From Candidatus Eiseniibacteriota bacterium (GTDB lineage: Bacteria; Eisenbacteria; RBG-16-71-46; CAVPCR01): a stretch of 64,000 bases of DNA. The translations under genes and the position numbers were made by a program. Where the stretch lies: NCBI GenBank assembly GCA_963823555.1, contig CAWGMA010000001.1:1664001-1728000 (forward strand), given 5' to 3'. The notes under the pieces are model-generated. The model had not been told where the DNA came from. It did not search any database and worked only from the letters and a program-made list of their open reading frames with translations. Position 1 is the first letter of the stretch; the number at the start of each line of letters is the position of its first letter. This document shows, one piece after another, positions 20,700-31,631 of the stretch.

Positions 20700-21749
20700 T
20701 CAGAGCAAGCGGGCTTGCGGCTCGCTCCCGGCGGCATGAGCGGAAGCCGGCACCGGCCGGCCGAGATGTTCGTACGCAAGACGGGTCGCCACCCGCCCGC
20801 GCGGCGTGCGATGAACGAGGCCCGCCTCGATCAGGAACGGCTCGTAGACATCTTCCAGCGTGTCAGCCTCCTCACCCACGGATACGGCCAGCGTTCCGAT
20901 CCCCACGGGCCCTCCGCCGAACTTGTCGATCATGGTCTCGAGCACGCGGCGATCCATGCTGTCCAGTCCGCGCTCGTCCACCTTGAGCAGGTCGAGAGCC
21001 TCCTTGACCACGGCCACATCGATCCGCCCGTCGCCGCGAACCTCGGCGAAGTCGCGGGCACGCCGCAGTAGCCGGTTGGCAACGCGCGGCGTGCCCCGCG
21101 CGCGACGCGCCAGCTCCATCGCCGCCTCGCCGCCGATCGTGACACCCAGAATGCGGGCCGCCCGGTGCACGACCTCCGCCAGCTCTGCAGGCGGGTAGTA
21201 GTCGATGCGCGTGGAGATCCCGAAGCGCGCTCGGAGCGGCGAGGTGAGAAGACCGGTACGCGTCGTGGCCCCAACCAGGGTGAAGGGGTTCAAGCTCAAT
21301 CGCACCGAACGCGCACTGGGCCCGCGGTCGATCATGACATCGATACGAAAATCCTCCATGGCCGGATAGAGATACTCCTCGACCGTCGGATTCAGCCGAT
21401 GGATCTCATCGATGAAGAGCACGTCATTGGGACCAAGGCGGGTCAAGAGCCCGGCGAGATCCCCGGGCCGTTCGATGACAGGTCCCGAGGTCGGAATGAA
21501 CGCCACCCCCATCTCGTGGGCCAGGACGTGGGCGAGCGTCGTCTTGCCGAGGCCCGGGGGACCACAGAGCAGCGTGTGGTCGAGCGCTTCGCCACGTCGC
21601 CGAGCCGCTTCGAGGGCCAGGCGCAGCTGCTCTTTCAGCTCCCCCTGACCGATGAAATCCGCGAGCGTGGACGGCCGCAGCGTCGTGTCCACGACCTGGT
21701 CGGCCTCGACGGCCTCCGGACGAATGAGGGGGTTCCGCTCGCTGTTCAT
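20700..21749 (-). CDS. ruvB: Holliday junction branch migration helicase RuvB
   Basis: [28 protein letters not shown] and [13 protein letters not shown]. Confidence 0.98.
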   Translation of the reverse strand: MNSERNPLIRPEAVEADQVVDTTLRPSTLADFIGQGELKEQLRLALEAARRRGEALDHTLLCGPPGLGKTTLAHVLAHEMGVAFIPTSGPVIERPGDLAGLLTRLGPNDVLFIDEIHRLNPTVEEYLYPAMEDFRIDVMIDRGPSARSVRLSLNPFTLVGATTRTGLLTSPLRARFGISTRIDYYPPAELAEVVHRAARILGVTIGGEAAMELARRARGTPRVANRLLRRARDFAEVRGDGRIDVAVVKEALDLLKVDERGLDSMDRRVLETMIDKFGGGPVGIGTLAVSVGEEADTLEDVYEPFLIEAGLVHRTPRGRVATRLAYEHLGRPVPASAHAAGSEPQARLL

Positions 21750-21914
21750 CGCTGCCTCGGCCCGAGGGGAGGGAAGAAGCCGTCGTGCATCGTGGCGCAC
21801 GCGCCCGGTCTGCAACCAGCCGCCGGGAAGCGCGGCGCCATCTCGACAGGGCACGTTAGCACAGGCGCAAAGGACCCGGGAAGACCTGGCAACGCGCTGT
21901 CGAGAACCCTCGAG

Positions 21915-22913
21915 CTAGCCGGCGCCGCCACCATCCGCGCTCCTGAGCCCCATCGCTTCACGTACCTCGGCCATCACCGGCCGCGCGATGGCCAGCGCTC
22001 GATGGGCACCCTCCGCGAGAATCTCCCGAACCCGTCCCGGAGCGCCGGCCAGGAGCGCGGCGCGCTCACGCACGGGATCGAGCTCCGCCGTCATGTGCTT
22101 GTGCAGAAGCCGCTTGCAGTCCACGCACCCGATTCCCGCCTGGCGGCATTCACGGTCCACCATCGCGACATCCTCGCCCGGCGAGAAGGCCTTGTGCATG
22201 GTGAACACATTGCAGATATCGGGATTGCCAGGATCCGAGCGCCGCTTCCGATTCTCGTCGGTGACGGCAGTGCGCAGCTTCTCCCAGCTCGCCTCGGGCG
22301 TCTCCAGCATTGCGATCGTGTTGCTGCGGCTCTTCGACATCTTGGTCTTGCCGTCAACACCCATGATGCGCGGCGTCTGGGTGAGGAGTTGCTGCGGCTC
22401 CGGGAAGACCGGCTTGAAGGTCGCATTGAACTTGCGCGCGATCTCCCGGGACAGCTCGAGATGCTGGACCTGATCCTCTCCCACCGGGACCAGCTCACCC
22501 TTGTAGAGGAGGATGTCCGCAGCCTGCAGGACTGGGTAGGCGAACAACCCGACATTCTGACTGGACTGCTGCTCTGCCTTCTCCTTGAACTGGGTCATGC
22601 GATCGAGCGCACCGATCGTGGTCAGCGTCCCCAACACCCAGGCCAGCTCGGTGTGCTCCGGAACCTCGGATTGCACGAAGAGCACGGCGCGCGCCGGATC
22701 GACGCCGGCCGCGAGCACGGCGACCGCCGCCTCCCGCACCCGCTGTAACATCTCGGCGGGATCATAGGGCACGGTAACCGCATGATAGTCGACCACGGAG
22801 TAAATGCACTCGTACTCCGCGACAAGCCGCGCCCAGTTGCGCAGTGCCCCGACGTAATTGCCGATGTGCACCTCGCCCGAAGGCTGAATCCCGCTGAAGA
22901 TCCGCTTGGCCAT
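21915..22913 (-). CDS. trpS: Tryptophan--tRNA ligase
   Basis: FSGIQPSG.VHIGNY, YPVLQAADIL, VPVGEDQ and KMSKS. Confidence 0.98.
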   Translation of the reverse strand: MAKRIFSGIQPSGEVHIGNYVGALRNWARLVAEYECIYSVVDYHAVTVPYDPAEMLQRVREAAVAVLAAGVDPARAVLFVQSEVPEHTELAWVLGTLTTIGALDRMTQFKEKAEQQSSQNVGLFAYPVLQAADILLYKGELVPVGEDQVQHLELSREIARKFNATFKPVFPEPQQLLTQTPRIMGVDGKTKMSKSRSNTIAMLETPEASWEKLRTAVTDENRKRRSDPGNPDICNVFTMHKAFSPGEDVAMVDRECRQAGIGCVDCKRLLHKHMTAELDPVRERAALLAGAPGRVREILAEGAHRALAIARPVMAEVREAMGLRSADGGGAG

Positions 22914-22983
22914 GATCCGGTCCCTCTTGGCAGATGGTGGAGTACCTCGAGATCCGATGCGGTCGACCTGGTTCTTGACTCGA

Positions 22984-23703
22984 CTAGTTGAGACGCGGGT
23001 CCACTCCAGGACGCCGCCGCTCCTCCATGGCCTGGCGCTTGAACACGAGATCATCGAGCAAACCGGCAACCCGCCGCGCTCGTTCCATGGGATCGTCGAG
23101 GGCCAGGAGAGCGAGCTTGGCCTCGGGTGCGATGGCCAGCTCGCTCGCCACCATGTGCACGAACTCGATGCCGCTCACTCGCGCCTCGGATCCGGCGGCC
23201 TCGGCTTCATCCCCATCATCCTCGTCGCCATCGCTCGCATCGCCGGCAAGCCGGTCGAGATCCGCCACCCGCGTTGCGATGCGCTCGATCCAGTAGCTCA
23301 GGGCAGGCCCGGTCGGTCGGTCGGTGCGGGTGGCCAGGACGGCACGCCGGTAAGGCCCCGCGCCGACCTCCGCCTCGATGTGGCCCTTGCCCTCTCCGCG
23401 CAGGCGGAGCATGTAGCGACCATCCGGGAGCTTGCCGGCCGCGTCGATCGTGCCGTAGCCCACGAGCGGGTACACGGCGGGCGCCCTCCCCTGGTCCGAC
23501 TCCCAACCCGGCTTCAAGACCGCCATCCCCAGCCGCCGGTCCCCGGCGAGGGCGTCGGCCACCATGCGCCGGTACCGCAGCTCGAAGATATGGAGCGGAA
23601 TCACCACCCCCGGGAACAGCACGACGTTGGGCAGCGGGAAGATCGGGATCGTGATGCGGCCTTCACCGGGTGAAGGAACGCCAGCTTCGTGGGCCTCCGG
23701 CAT
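22984..23703 (-). CDS. LON peptidase substrate-binding domain protein
   Basis: IPIFPLPNVVLFPG..IPLHIFELRYRRMV; no AAA+ or protease domain. Confidence 0.88.
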   Translation of the reverse strand: MPEAHEAGVPSPGEGRITIPIFPLPNVVLFPGVVIPLHIFELRYRRMVADALAGDRRLGMAVLKPGWESDQGRAPAVYPLVGYGTIDAAGKLPDGRYMLRLRGEGKGHIEAEVGAGPYRRAVLATRTDRPTGPALSYWIERIATRVADLDRLAGDASDGDEDDGDEAEAAGSEARVSGIEFVHMVASELAIAPEAKLALLALDDPMERARRVAGLLDDLVFKRQAMEERRRPGVDPRLN

Positions 23704-23835
23704 TCAGTTCCTCGCCAGATCTCCTGTTGTCGCCTATCTTGTTGCAGATTAGAGGCTTCGCCGAATCGGCGTCAACCCCCCCGGGGGATTTGCCGGGGCT
23801 CCACTCCCCCACCTCGCCGCGACCATCCAGCGCTC

Positions 23836-23865
23836 TTGCAAGAGGGGTGCCTCAACGCATATGAT
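23836..23865 (+). promoter_or_regulatory. Putative sigma70 promoter for rpoZ-like/ABC genes
   Basis: TTGCAA-18 bp-TATGAT. Confidence 0.5.
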
Positions 23866-23905
23866 TCGGGATTCCATTGAGCGTTTCATCTGGAGGGTGG
23901 AGACC

Positions 23906-24175
23906 TTGAGCGAGACCTTAGATCCAATGGCCGATCCGATGATCGATCCCCTGGCCGAGGCCCCCGAGCCCATGCCCGCGCCGGAGGAAGAGGCTACCAC
24001 GATTCCGCGCAGTCCCTACGAGCTCGTGGTGGTGGCCGCGCAGGAGGCGCGACGGCTGAATGAGCGCTGGCGCCGCATGACCGGGGAGCGCGGCGAGAAG
24101 GTGACCAAGACCGCGGTCAACCGCGTTCTCGCCGGCCAGGTCCATTTCATCACCGAGGAGGCCCCTGGCCTCTGA
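23906..24175 (+). CDS. rpoZ: RNA polymerase omega subunit-like protein
   Basis: SPYELVVVAAQEARRLNE...KVTKTAV matches the omega YxLVxxAAxRAR pattern; start uncertain. Confidence 0.6.
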   Translation: MSETLDPMADPMIDPLAEAPEPMPAPEEEATTIPRSPYELVVVAAQEARRLNERWRRMTGERGEKVTKTAVNRVLAGQVHFITEEAPGL

Positions 24176-24307
24176 TACCGTGCTCGGGATCCGTCATGGC
24201 CGGCTAGCGTCGCGGCCCGCCCCCGGCGGGCCGCTCTCATGCCATCCCGGCGGGGTGCCCCGCGCCGGCTCCCCCCACCGTCAACCCCGCTCGCGGAGGT
24301 GAGGTCC

Positions 24308-26038
24308 GTGCGCGAGCTCAAGCGCCTCATTCCCTATTTCGCTCGCCACCGGCGGAGCATTCTGTTCGGCGCGCTGTGCATTCCCTTCACTCAGGCCTTC
24401 GCCCTGCTGGCGCCCTGGATTCTCAAGCGCGCCATCGAGCAGCTCGAATCCGGAACCAGCCCGCGCCGGCTCCTGACCGATGCCGGCCTTCTCGTTCTGG
24501 CCTCGATCGGAGAGGGCACCTTCCGCTTCTTCATGCGCCGGCTCATGATCGGCAGCTCGCGCCGTATCGAGTACGATCTCCGCAACGACCTCTTCGCCCA
24601 CCTCCAGCACCTTTCCCCGAGCTTCTACGCGCGGCACCGCATCGGGGACCTCATGGCCCGCGCCACCAACGATCTCAACTCGGTCCGCAACATGATCGGC
24701 CCCGGAGTCATGTACCTGGCCAACACGCTCACCGTGCTCCCGGCGGTGCTCGTGGTGATGCTGCTCCTCGACGTCCGGCTGACCGTGATCGCCATGGTCC
24801 CGATGGCGGCCCTCGCCTTCCTCCTCACCCGCTTCGGAAGCGCCATTCACCGGCGATCCGAGGCCGTTCAAGAGCAGTACGCCACGCTCTCCGCGGGCGT
24901 CCAGGAGGCGCTCGCCGGCATCCGCGTCATCAAGGCCTATGTCCGCGAGGACCATCAGCGCGAGCGCTTTCGCGCCGAGAACGAGGAGTATGTCGGGCGC
25001 AGCATGCGCTTGATCCGGCTCTCCGGACTCTTCGGGCCGCTGATGAGCCTGTTCACTGGAATGGCCGCCCTGACCGTGCTGTGGATCGGTGGGAGCTACG
25101 TGGCCTCGGGGCGCTTCACTCTCGGCGAATTCGTCGCCTTCAGCGGATACCTGGGGATGCTGGCCTGGCCCGTGATCTCACTGGGCTGGGTCGCCAACAT
25201 GATCCAGCGCGGAACCGCATCGCTGGTCCGGATCGGCTCGATCCTCGACGAGAAGCCTGACATCGTGAGCGGCACCCGGTTGCCCGCAACACCGCCGGGA
25301 ATCGAGTTCCGCCAGGTCGACTTTGCGTACCCGGGCGGCCCCCCTGTGCTCAGGGGGGTGAACCTCGTGATCGAACCCGGGGAGACGGTGGCCGTGGTCG
25401 GAGCCACCGGTAGCGGTAAATCCACCCTCGTTGGGCTCATTCCCCGCCTCTACGACGTCACCGGTGGCGAGGTGCGCATCAGCGGCATCGACGTCCGCGA
25501 CATCGATCTGGACGAGCTTCGCCGCCGCATCGGGTTCGTGCCGCAGGAGACCTTCCTGTTCTCGACGACCATGCGGCAGAACATCGCCTATGGTTTCGAT
25601 GATGCCGATGAAGCGGCGGTCGAGAAAGCAGCCGAAGTGGCCCGCCTGCTCCCGGCCATCCGCGACTTCCCCCGAGGATTCGACACCCTCGTCGGCGAGC
25701 GCGGCATCACTCTCTCAGGAGGCCAGAAGCAGCGTACCGCCATCTCGCGCGCCGTCATCCGTTCACCCGAGATCCTGATCCTCGACGACGCGCTGTCCAG
25801 TGTCGACACCCACACCGAGGAGGAGATCCTCCACCGCCTGCGGCCGGTGATCCGGAACCGCACGAGCCTCATCATCTCCCACCGTGTCACCACCGTGCGC
25901 GAGGCCGACCGCATCGTCGTCCTCGATGACGGTCGCATCGCAGAAGAAGGCACTCACGAGGAGCTGATCCACCGTGGCGGGCTCTATGCCCGGATGGTGG
26001 AACAGCAACTCCTGCGGGAAGAGCTCGAGGCCAGCTAG
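24308..26038 (+). CDS. ABC exporter half-transporter (TMD+NBD), MdlA/YheI-like
   Basis: GDLMARATNDL, GATGSGKST, LSGGQKQR and degenerate LDDALS Walker B. Confidence 0.93.
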   Translation: MRELKRLIPYFARHRRSILFGALCIPFTQAFALLAPWILKRAIEQLESGTSPRRLLTDAGLLVLASIGEGTFRFFMRRLMIGSSRRIEYDLRNDLFAHLQHLSPSFYARHRIGDLMARATNDLNSVRNMIGPGVMYLANTLTVLPAVLVVMLLLDVRLTVIAMVPMAALAFLLTRFGSAIHRRSEAVQEQYATLSAGVQEALAGIRVIKAYVREDHQRERFRAENEEYVGRSMRLIRLSGLFGPLMSLFTGMAALTVLWIGGSYVASGRFTLGEFVAFSGYLGMLAWPVISLGWVANMIQRGTASLVRIGSILDEKPDIVSGTRLPATPPGIEFRQVDFAYPGGPPVLRGVNLVIEPGETVAVVGATGSGKSTLVGLIPRLYDVTGGEVRISGIDVRDIDLDELRRRIGFVPQETFLFSTTMRQNIAYGFDDADEAAVEKAAEVARLLPAIRDFPRGFDTLVGERGITLSGGQKQRTAISRAVIRSPEILILDDALSSVDTHTEEEILHRLRPVIRNRTSLIISHRVTTVREADRIVVLDDGRIAEEGTHEELIHRGGLYARMVEQQLLREELEAS

Positions 26039-26047
26039 GAGCGCCCG

Positions 26048-27868
26048 GTGGCAACCATCGACGAAGACGAGGTCCTGGGTAGAGCCTACGACGGCCGGCT
26101 CATGCGGCGGCTCCTGACCTACCTCCATCCCTACCGGAGGCAGGTCGTCCTCTCCGTCATCCTCCTCACCGCAGCCTTCCTCCTCGAACTCGCCCAGCCC
26201 TATCTGGTCAAGATCGCGATTGACGATTACATCAAGCCGGGCGACATGCCCGGGTTCGCTCGCATCGCCATCCTCTATCTGGGCGCGCTCATCGGCACCT
26301 TCCTCTTTCGCTACGGCGAGCTCTACGTGATGAACCTGGTCGGCCAGCGGGTGATGTACGACCTGCGGATGCAGATCTTCAGCCATCTCCTCCGGCAGAG
26401 CGTGCGCTACTTCACGCGCCATCCGGTTGGACGCTTGATGACCCGCGTCACGAGCGACGTCGATGTTCTGAACGACATGTTCACCGCCGGCGTGGTCTCC
26501 ATCATCGAAGACGTGCTCAAGCTGATCGGCATCATGGTCATCCTCGCCGTCATGGACTTGAAGCTGGCCCTGGCCACGTTCGCCGTGCTGCCGTTCCTGG
26601 CGGTGACCGCCGCGCTCTTCCGCTCGCGCGTGCGCCACACCTATCGTCTCGTACGCACCGCCATCGCCCGGATCAACGCCTTCTTGCAGGAAAACCTCGT
26701 CGGCATGCAGGTGGTTCAGCTCTTCAACCACGAAGCCCACAACCGGCGGCGATTCGACCGCCTCAATGACCAGCACCTCGACGCGCACCTGCAGACGATC
26801 TTCTACTATGCCCTCTTCTACCCGGCGGTCGAGCTCCTCGGCGCCATCGCCGTCGCCCTCATCCTGTGGTTCGGCGGGCTCCAGGTGCTGGCGGGCGGCC
26901 TCACCTTCGGCGTGCTCGTCGCCTTCATCCAGTACGCGGAGATGTTCTTCCGTCCGATCAGTGATCTCTCCGAGAAGTACGGCATCATGCAAGCGGCGAT
27001 GGCCTCCTCCGAGCGCATCTTCAAGGTGCTCGACACCGACGAGGCGATGCCGGAATCGGCGGATGCCTGGGCTCGAGTCGCCGGCCCCGGTGATGACGGC
27101 CCGCGACCGCTTCGCGGTGCGGTCCGCTTCGACCGCGTGAACTTCGCGTACGATGATGAGGACTGGGTGCTCAAGGAGGTCGACTTCGCGATCGCGCCGG
27201 GGGAGCGCGTCGCCGTGGTCGGCGCCACCGGGGCCGGCAAGTCGACGATCGTCAATCTTCTGACCCGCTTCTATGACCCGACGCGAGGGCGCGTGCTCGT
27301 CGACGACATGGATGTCCGCGACGTCCCGATCCACTGGCTCCGACGCGGTATCGGTGTCGTGCAACAGGATGTCTTCCTGTTCGCCGGCTCGGTCTTCTAC
27401 AACATCGGCCTCGGCCACGATGAAATCGGCTCCGCCGAGATCACGGCTGCAGCCCGGCAGGTCAACGCCGAGCGTTTCATCAGCCTCCTCCCCGAGACCT
27501 ACGCCAGCGAGGTGCGCGAGGGGGGCGGCTCCCTCTCCGTGGGCCAGCGCCAGCTCCTCGCCTTCGCCCGTGCCCTCGCGTACGATCCGGCGATTCTCGT
27601 CCTTGACGAGGCCACATCGAGCGTTGACACCGAGACCGAGATGATGATCCAGGATGGGCTCGAGAAGCTGCTCCGCGGGCGGACGGCGCTCGTGATCGCT
27701 CACCGCCTATCGACGATTCGCAATGCCGATCGCATTCTTGTCATGCATCACGGCGAGCTGCGCGAACAGGGCACACACGAGGAACTGCTCGCCCTGGGGG
27801 GCATTTACAAGAAGCTCTACGAGCTCCAGTATCGCGACCAGGAAACCAGGACACGCCTGCCGGCCTAG
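26048..27868 (+). CDS. ABC exporter half-transporter (TMD+NBD), MdlB/YheH-like partner
   Basis: GRLMTRVTSDV, GATGAGKST, LSVGQRQ, LDEATS and IAHRLST. Confidence 0.93.
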   Translation: MATIDEDEVLGRAYDGRLMRRLLTYLHPYRRQVVLSVILLTAAFLLELAQPYLVKIAIDDYIKPGDMPGFARIAILYLGALIGTFLFRYGELYVMNLVGQRVMYDLRMQIFSHLLRQSVRYFTRHPVGRLMTRVTSDVDVLNDMFTAGVVSIIEDVLKLIGIMVILAVMDLKLALATFAVLPFLAVTAALFRSRVRHTYRLVRTAIARINAFLQENLVGMQVVQLFNHEAHNRRRFDRLNDQHLDAHLQTIFYYALFYPAVELLGAIAVALILWFGGLQVLAGGLTFGVLVAFIQYAEMFFRPISDLSEKYGIMQAAMASSERIFKVLDTDEAMPESADAWARVAGPGDDGPRPLRGAVRFDRVNFAYDDEDWVLKEVDFAIAPGERVAVVGATGAGKSTIVNLLTRFYDPTRGRVLVDDMDVRDVPIHWLRRGIGVVQQDVFLFAGSVFYNIGLGHDEIGSAEITAAARQVNAERFISLLPETYASEVREGGGSLSVGQRQLLAFARALAYDPAILVLDEATSSVDTETEMMIQDGLEKLLRGRTALVIAHRLSTIRNADRILVMHHGELREQGTHEELLALGGIYKKLYELQYRDQETRTRLPA

Positions 27869-27899
27869 CTCGCCTGGAGTGGAGGGAGGACGAAGCCCG

Positions 27900-28244
27900 A
27901 TGCCGACCTATGAGTATCAATGTGACAAGGGTCACCGCTTCGAGCTCTTCCAGAAGATGAGCGATCCGAAGCTCAAGGTGTGTCCCGAGTGCGGTGCCCC
28001 TGTCGAGCGCCTGATCGGTCCGGGCGCCGGCATCGTCTTCAAGGGCTCGGGCTTCTACAGCACGGACTACCGCAGCAGCTCCTACCAGAAGGCCGCCAAA
28101 TCGGAGTCGGGTGACGGCGTGAGCGGGAAGGACAAGGCGCCTGCCGAGAAAGGCCCCGCCCCGAAGGCCGAGAAGAAGGACAAGCCGCCCCCGAAGGAGC
28201 CCGGCGGCACGGGCTCCGGCACCTCCACCCCGACCAAGGACTGA
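27900..28244 (+). CDS. FmdB family zinc-ribbon protein
   Basis: MPTYEYQC..GH.FE...CPECG...FKGSGFYSTDY. Confidence 0.92.
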   Translation: MPTYEYQCDKGHRFELFQKMSDPKLKVCPECGAPVERLIGPGAGIVFKGSGFYSTDYRSSSYQKAAKSESGDGVSGKDKAPAEKGPAPKAEKKDKPPPKEPGGTGSGTSTPTKD

Positions 28245-28304
28245 CTTCCGTCACCGCAGCGGGCCGCGGACACGAAACCCGGGATGGCGGCGTCCATGAA
28301 ACCA

Positions 28305-28337
28305 CGGCCCCGCGACCGGACATCGATCGCGGGGCCG
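28305..28337. terminator. GC hairpin between convergent genes
   Basis: 11-bp stem cggccccgcga / tcgcggggccg; no clear U-tract. Confidence 0.45.
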
Positions 28338-28368
28338 CGAGACCATCGCAGCTGGCGCCGGCCGGCGC

Positions 28369-30613
28369 TTACTTCATCAACACCATCTTCTGCGCAGCCG
28401 AGAACGAACCCGCATCGAGCCGCGCCAGATAGATGCCGCTCGCGAGCTCCCGACCAGCTCCATCCTTCCCATCCCAGGTCACCGCGTGCACCGAGGCTTC
28501 CTCGGTGGCATCGATGAGCACGCGGACGAGCACTCCGGCCGGGTTGTAGATCGCGAGCCGCACCGGCGACTTGGCCCCCAGCGAGTAGGTGATCGTCGTT
28601 GACGGGTTGAACGGATTCGGCGAGTTGGCCGCCAGAGCGAAGCGGCCCGGTGCGAGCTCGGAGGCCGCGATCGCGGTCGAGCCGCTGACATTGAACGTAT
28701 GGACCCCGCCATCGGGCGCCGGGCGCGGGTCGGTCCGCTTGTTGTTGACCGTATTGGTGGCCACGATGAAGTAGTGCACGGTGCCGTTCCCCAGAACCGG
28801 GATCTGTCCCGAGTACTCGTTCGGGTTCCCGGTCGGGGTCATGGGGGCGGACCCGGTGATCCCGCCCAGCCCGTAGCGCACCTCGACGGCCGAGATCCCG
28901 GATGCCGACGTGCAGACCGCCGTCACCGTGTAGGGTCCAGGCTGGCCTTGATCCGGAAGCGGCGTGTGCGTGATCGCCGGAATCTCGTAGGCGGACGCGT
29001 TGAAGAAGCCGCGCGCCGTGCAGAAGTGGACGATCGAGTCGACGTTGAGCCCCTCGTTGAGGCTGCGATCGGTGGTGACGAGAGCCGCCGCCGCCTGGGT
29101 GACGAGAGGGCCTGGTACCGAGCAGGAAATGGTGACCGAGGACAATCTGGTCCATGGTCGGGCGGGTGATCTCGTAGAAGATCTGCATCAGGCACGACGC
29201 CCAGATCGTCCCATTGGAGTAGATGTCACCACCCCAGAAGGTCGGATAGGTACGCGTGTCGTTCAGGATGCGCCCGGGCCAGAACGGGTTGTGGCCATCC
29301 CAGTTGAACACCCACTCCGAACGGTAGAGATCGATCGCAGCCGAGTAGCTCCCGGCCCAGTAGTCGCCGAACCCCTCGCCCATCGAGCGGGCGTCGGTGG
29401 TGGTGCCCCAGCCCGGGACCGTGCCGTGCTGGATGGCGTGGCCGTACTCGTGCAGGACCACGTCCAGATCCTCGGCGTCATCGACTCCGCCCTCGCCCCA
29501 GGCCAGGCGGTTGGTCGAGGGGATGTAGTGGGAGTTATCGGCGCCGTTGAGCCCGTGCGGATCGCACCAGATGGAGAGATTCTGGATGTTGTTGTAGCCC
29601 AGGCTCTGGATCCAGCGCTGGCTCGAATCGATGCCGTAGTACGTCTCGGTATCCTCGAAGCCCTGCTGGTCGCGCGTGAACTGGAAGCCGTCGGGCGTCG
29701 CGGCGGATGCCGGGGCGCTGGACGGAGCCTCGAAATCCTGGATGTTGCAGAAGGGGCCCGTGAGCCGATACAGCCCCGCGCTGAAGGAGATGTCCCTGAG
29801 CGGGCGCTCGAAGGTCTGGGCCTCGAGCTGGGGCGTGTTGGCGTCGTTGCCGTCGACATAGCCTGCCGCCCCATAGGCAACGTGAGCCGTGGTCAGGGGA
29901 TCCGGATCGAAGGCCTTGCACACACCGTCGACGTAGACCGCCTGGTCCCGCAGGCGGAGGATCCGCCCATTGGTGGCATCCACCATCACTTCCCAGTCCC
30001 CGAGGGGATCGGCCGCCGGGATGACCACCCGGTAGGCCAGAGCCAGCATCGGGCCACCTTCCCAGAAAAGACCAACGGCCGGAGCCGTCTCCGGCCCGAT
30101 CCGTTCCTCGGTGCAGCCGATCGCCGCGATCGCGCGCTCGCGCGCCGCGGCCGGCGAGAGCGCCGGTGCGGTGGCGATGGCGTCCGCCCCCGGCCGGTAG
30201 GTCGAGGCCGCAGCGATGATCTTCCCCGTCTCGCGGGCGACGGTCACGATCACGTCCCCCTCGAAGACCGGGATTCCGACCACGGTCTGCTGGAACCGGA
30301 CATGCGACCCGACCGGTGAGTCCTTCACATAAGCCAGTTCCAGGTCATCGGTGGCGTTGCGGAGGCCGTAGGCATCGGCTTCCTGGGCGAGGAATGCCCG
30401 CGCCATCATCTCCGGGGTTCCGGAGAAGGGGCCGGCGTTGATGTCGAACGCGGTAACCGTGGCCCCGGTCTTCAGGTCAACCCAGCGACTGTCGCCCAGG
30501 AGCGAGAGTTCGGGCTCGTTGGAATCGGGCTGGGTGGTGACCCTTTCGGTCAGGCCCAGAGCCGCGGCCGGAATGAGAGTCAAGACGAGTAGAAGGACCC
30601 AAGGACGCGGCAT
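28369..30613 (-). CDS. Secreted M36/M4-like zinc metallopeptidase with propeptide and C-terminal FlgD-Ig domain (one frameshift near 29105)
   Basis: Signal peptide, FTP/PepSY-like propeptide, HEYGH and GEGFGDY motifs. The C-terminal part (VTQAAAALV...NSPNPFNPST...WDGKD...SGIYLARL..KMVLMK) is in a different frame. Confidence 0.85.
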
Positions 30614-30866
30614 CAGCTGCTTCTCCTGTGCTGGGAAGATTGGCACTCAACAACCGGGACCCCAAGGCTGGCACGCTTCCGTGCCCATGGTCATCCATAA
30701 GTCTATTGGACTCCCAGGATAGGGGCAAGGGCGCATGTCGGGGAAGGAAGCGTGCGCTCCGAAAGCGGTCCTTCCCTTGTGACCTCCCGGGCCTCATGTT
30801 AGGCTCCGATCCACGTCGAAACACCAGCCACCGTCGCGCCGGACCCTCTTCCGACGAACTCAAGAA

Positions 30867-31631
30867 GTGCTGCTGCCACGGACTCGCCATACCGTCTTCG
30901 TCCTTCTCCTCGCCGGCCTCGCCCGAGGGGCGATTGGCATGGAAGGCTCGGCCGCTTCCGCGGACCGCCCGGCGACGGCAGCCCCCGATTCGGCACGGAT
31001 CGCCGCCCTCGAATCCGCCCTCCGCGCCAGCCCCGCCAGCCACGAGGCAGCCCATGCCTTCCGCCTTGCAGCGCGGGACGCCGACCGGGCCGATCATGCC
31101 GTCCAGGTCCTCGAGGAGCTCCTGGATCAGGACCGGAGCCAATCCGCCGTCGCGCTGCAGCTCGCGCTCGCCCAGGTCGATCAGCTGCGCGAACCCGAAC
31201 TCGATGGGATCACTCGCGCGATGATCGCGGGCCGGGCCAACAACCACCTCACCACGATCCTCAACCGGGACCCGGCCAGCTGGGCGGCACGCTACTCACG
31301 AGGGATGACCCACCTCCTGTGGGCACGGGCCGCCCGTCACTCGGGAGCTGCGGTCAACGATCTCGAGCGGCTCGCCTTGCTGCAGGAGACCCTCCCCCAT
31401 GAGCCCTACTTCGTGCATGCACTCATTGGACTCGGGGATGCCTACGCCATGAACATCCAGCCGGCGCAGGCGAACACGACCTGGCGCAAAGGGCTCGTCC
31501 AGTTTCCTGACAATGCCGAGCTCTTGCGCCGCGCCGCCATGGACAAGGACGAGATCGAAGCCTTCATCACCGCCGAGTACAGCCTTGAAAGGCCCTTCGA
31601 TACGGATCTGAGCTTCCTGTGGACCGAGTAG
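30867..31631 (+). CDS. Exported TPR-like helical protein
   Basis: Signal-like N-terminus, TPR-like segments (ARYSRGM, ALIGLGDAY..WRKGL..FPDN); overlaps the next gene. Confidence 0.65.
   Translation: MLLPRTRHTVFVLLLAGLARGAIGMEGSAASADRPATAAPDSARIAALESALRASPASHEAAHAFRLAARDADRADHAVQVLEELLDQDRSQSAVALQLALAQVDQLREPELDGITRAMIAGRANNHLTTILNRDPASWAARYSRGMTHLLWARAARHSGAAVNDLERLALLQETLPHEPYFVHALIGLGDAYAMNIQPAQANTTWRKGLVQFPDNAELLRRAAMDKDEIEAFITAEYSLERPFDTDLSFLWTE

Noticed and set aside
29090..29145. Programmed frameshift producing the peptidase with or without its sorting tail
   Set aside because: No slippery heptamer or homopolymer; the break falls inside the catalytic domain, and other indels in the window point to sequence error.
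30669..30686. sigma54 promoter TGGCACGCTTCCGTGC
   Set aside because: GG-to-GC spacing is one base too long; the sequence is a short GGCACG/CGTGCC hairpin.
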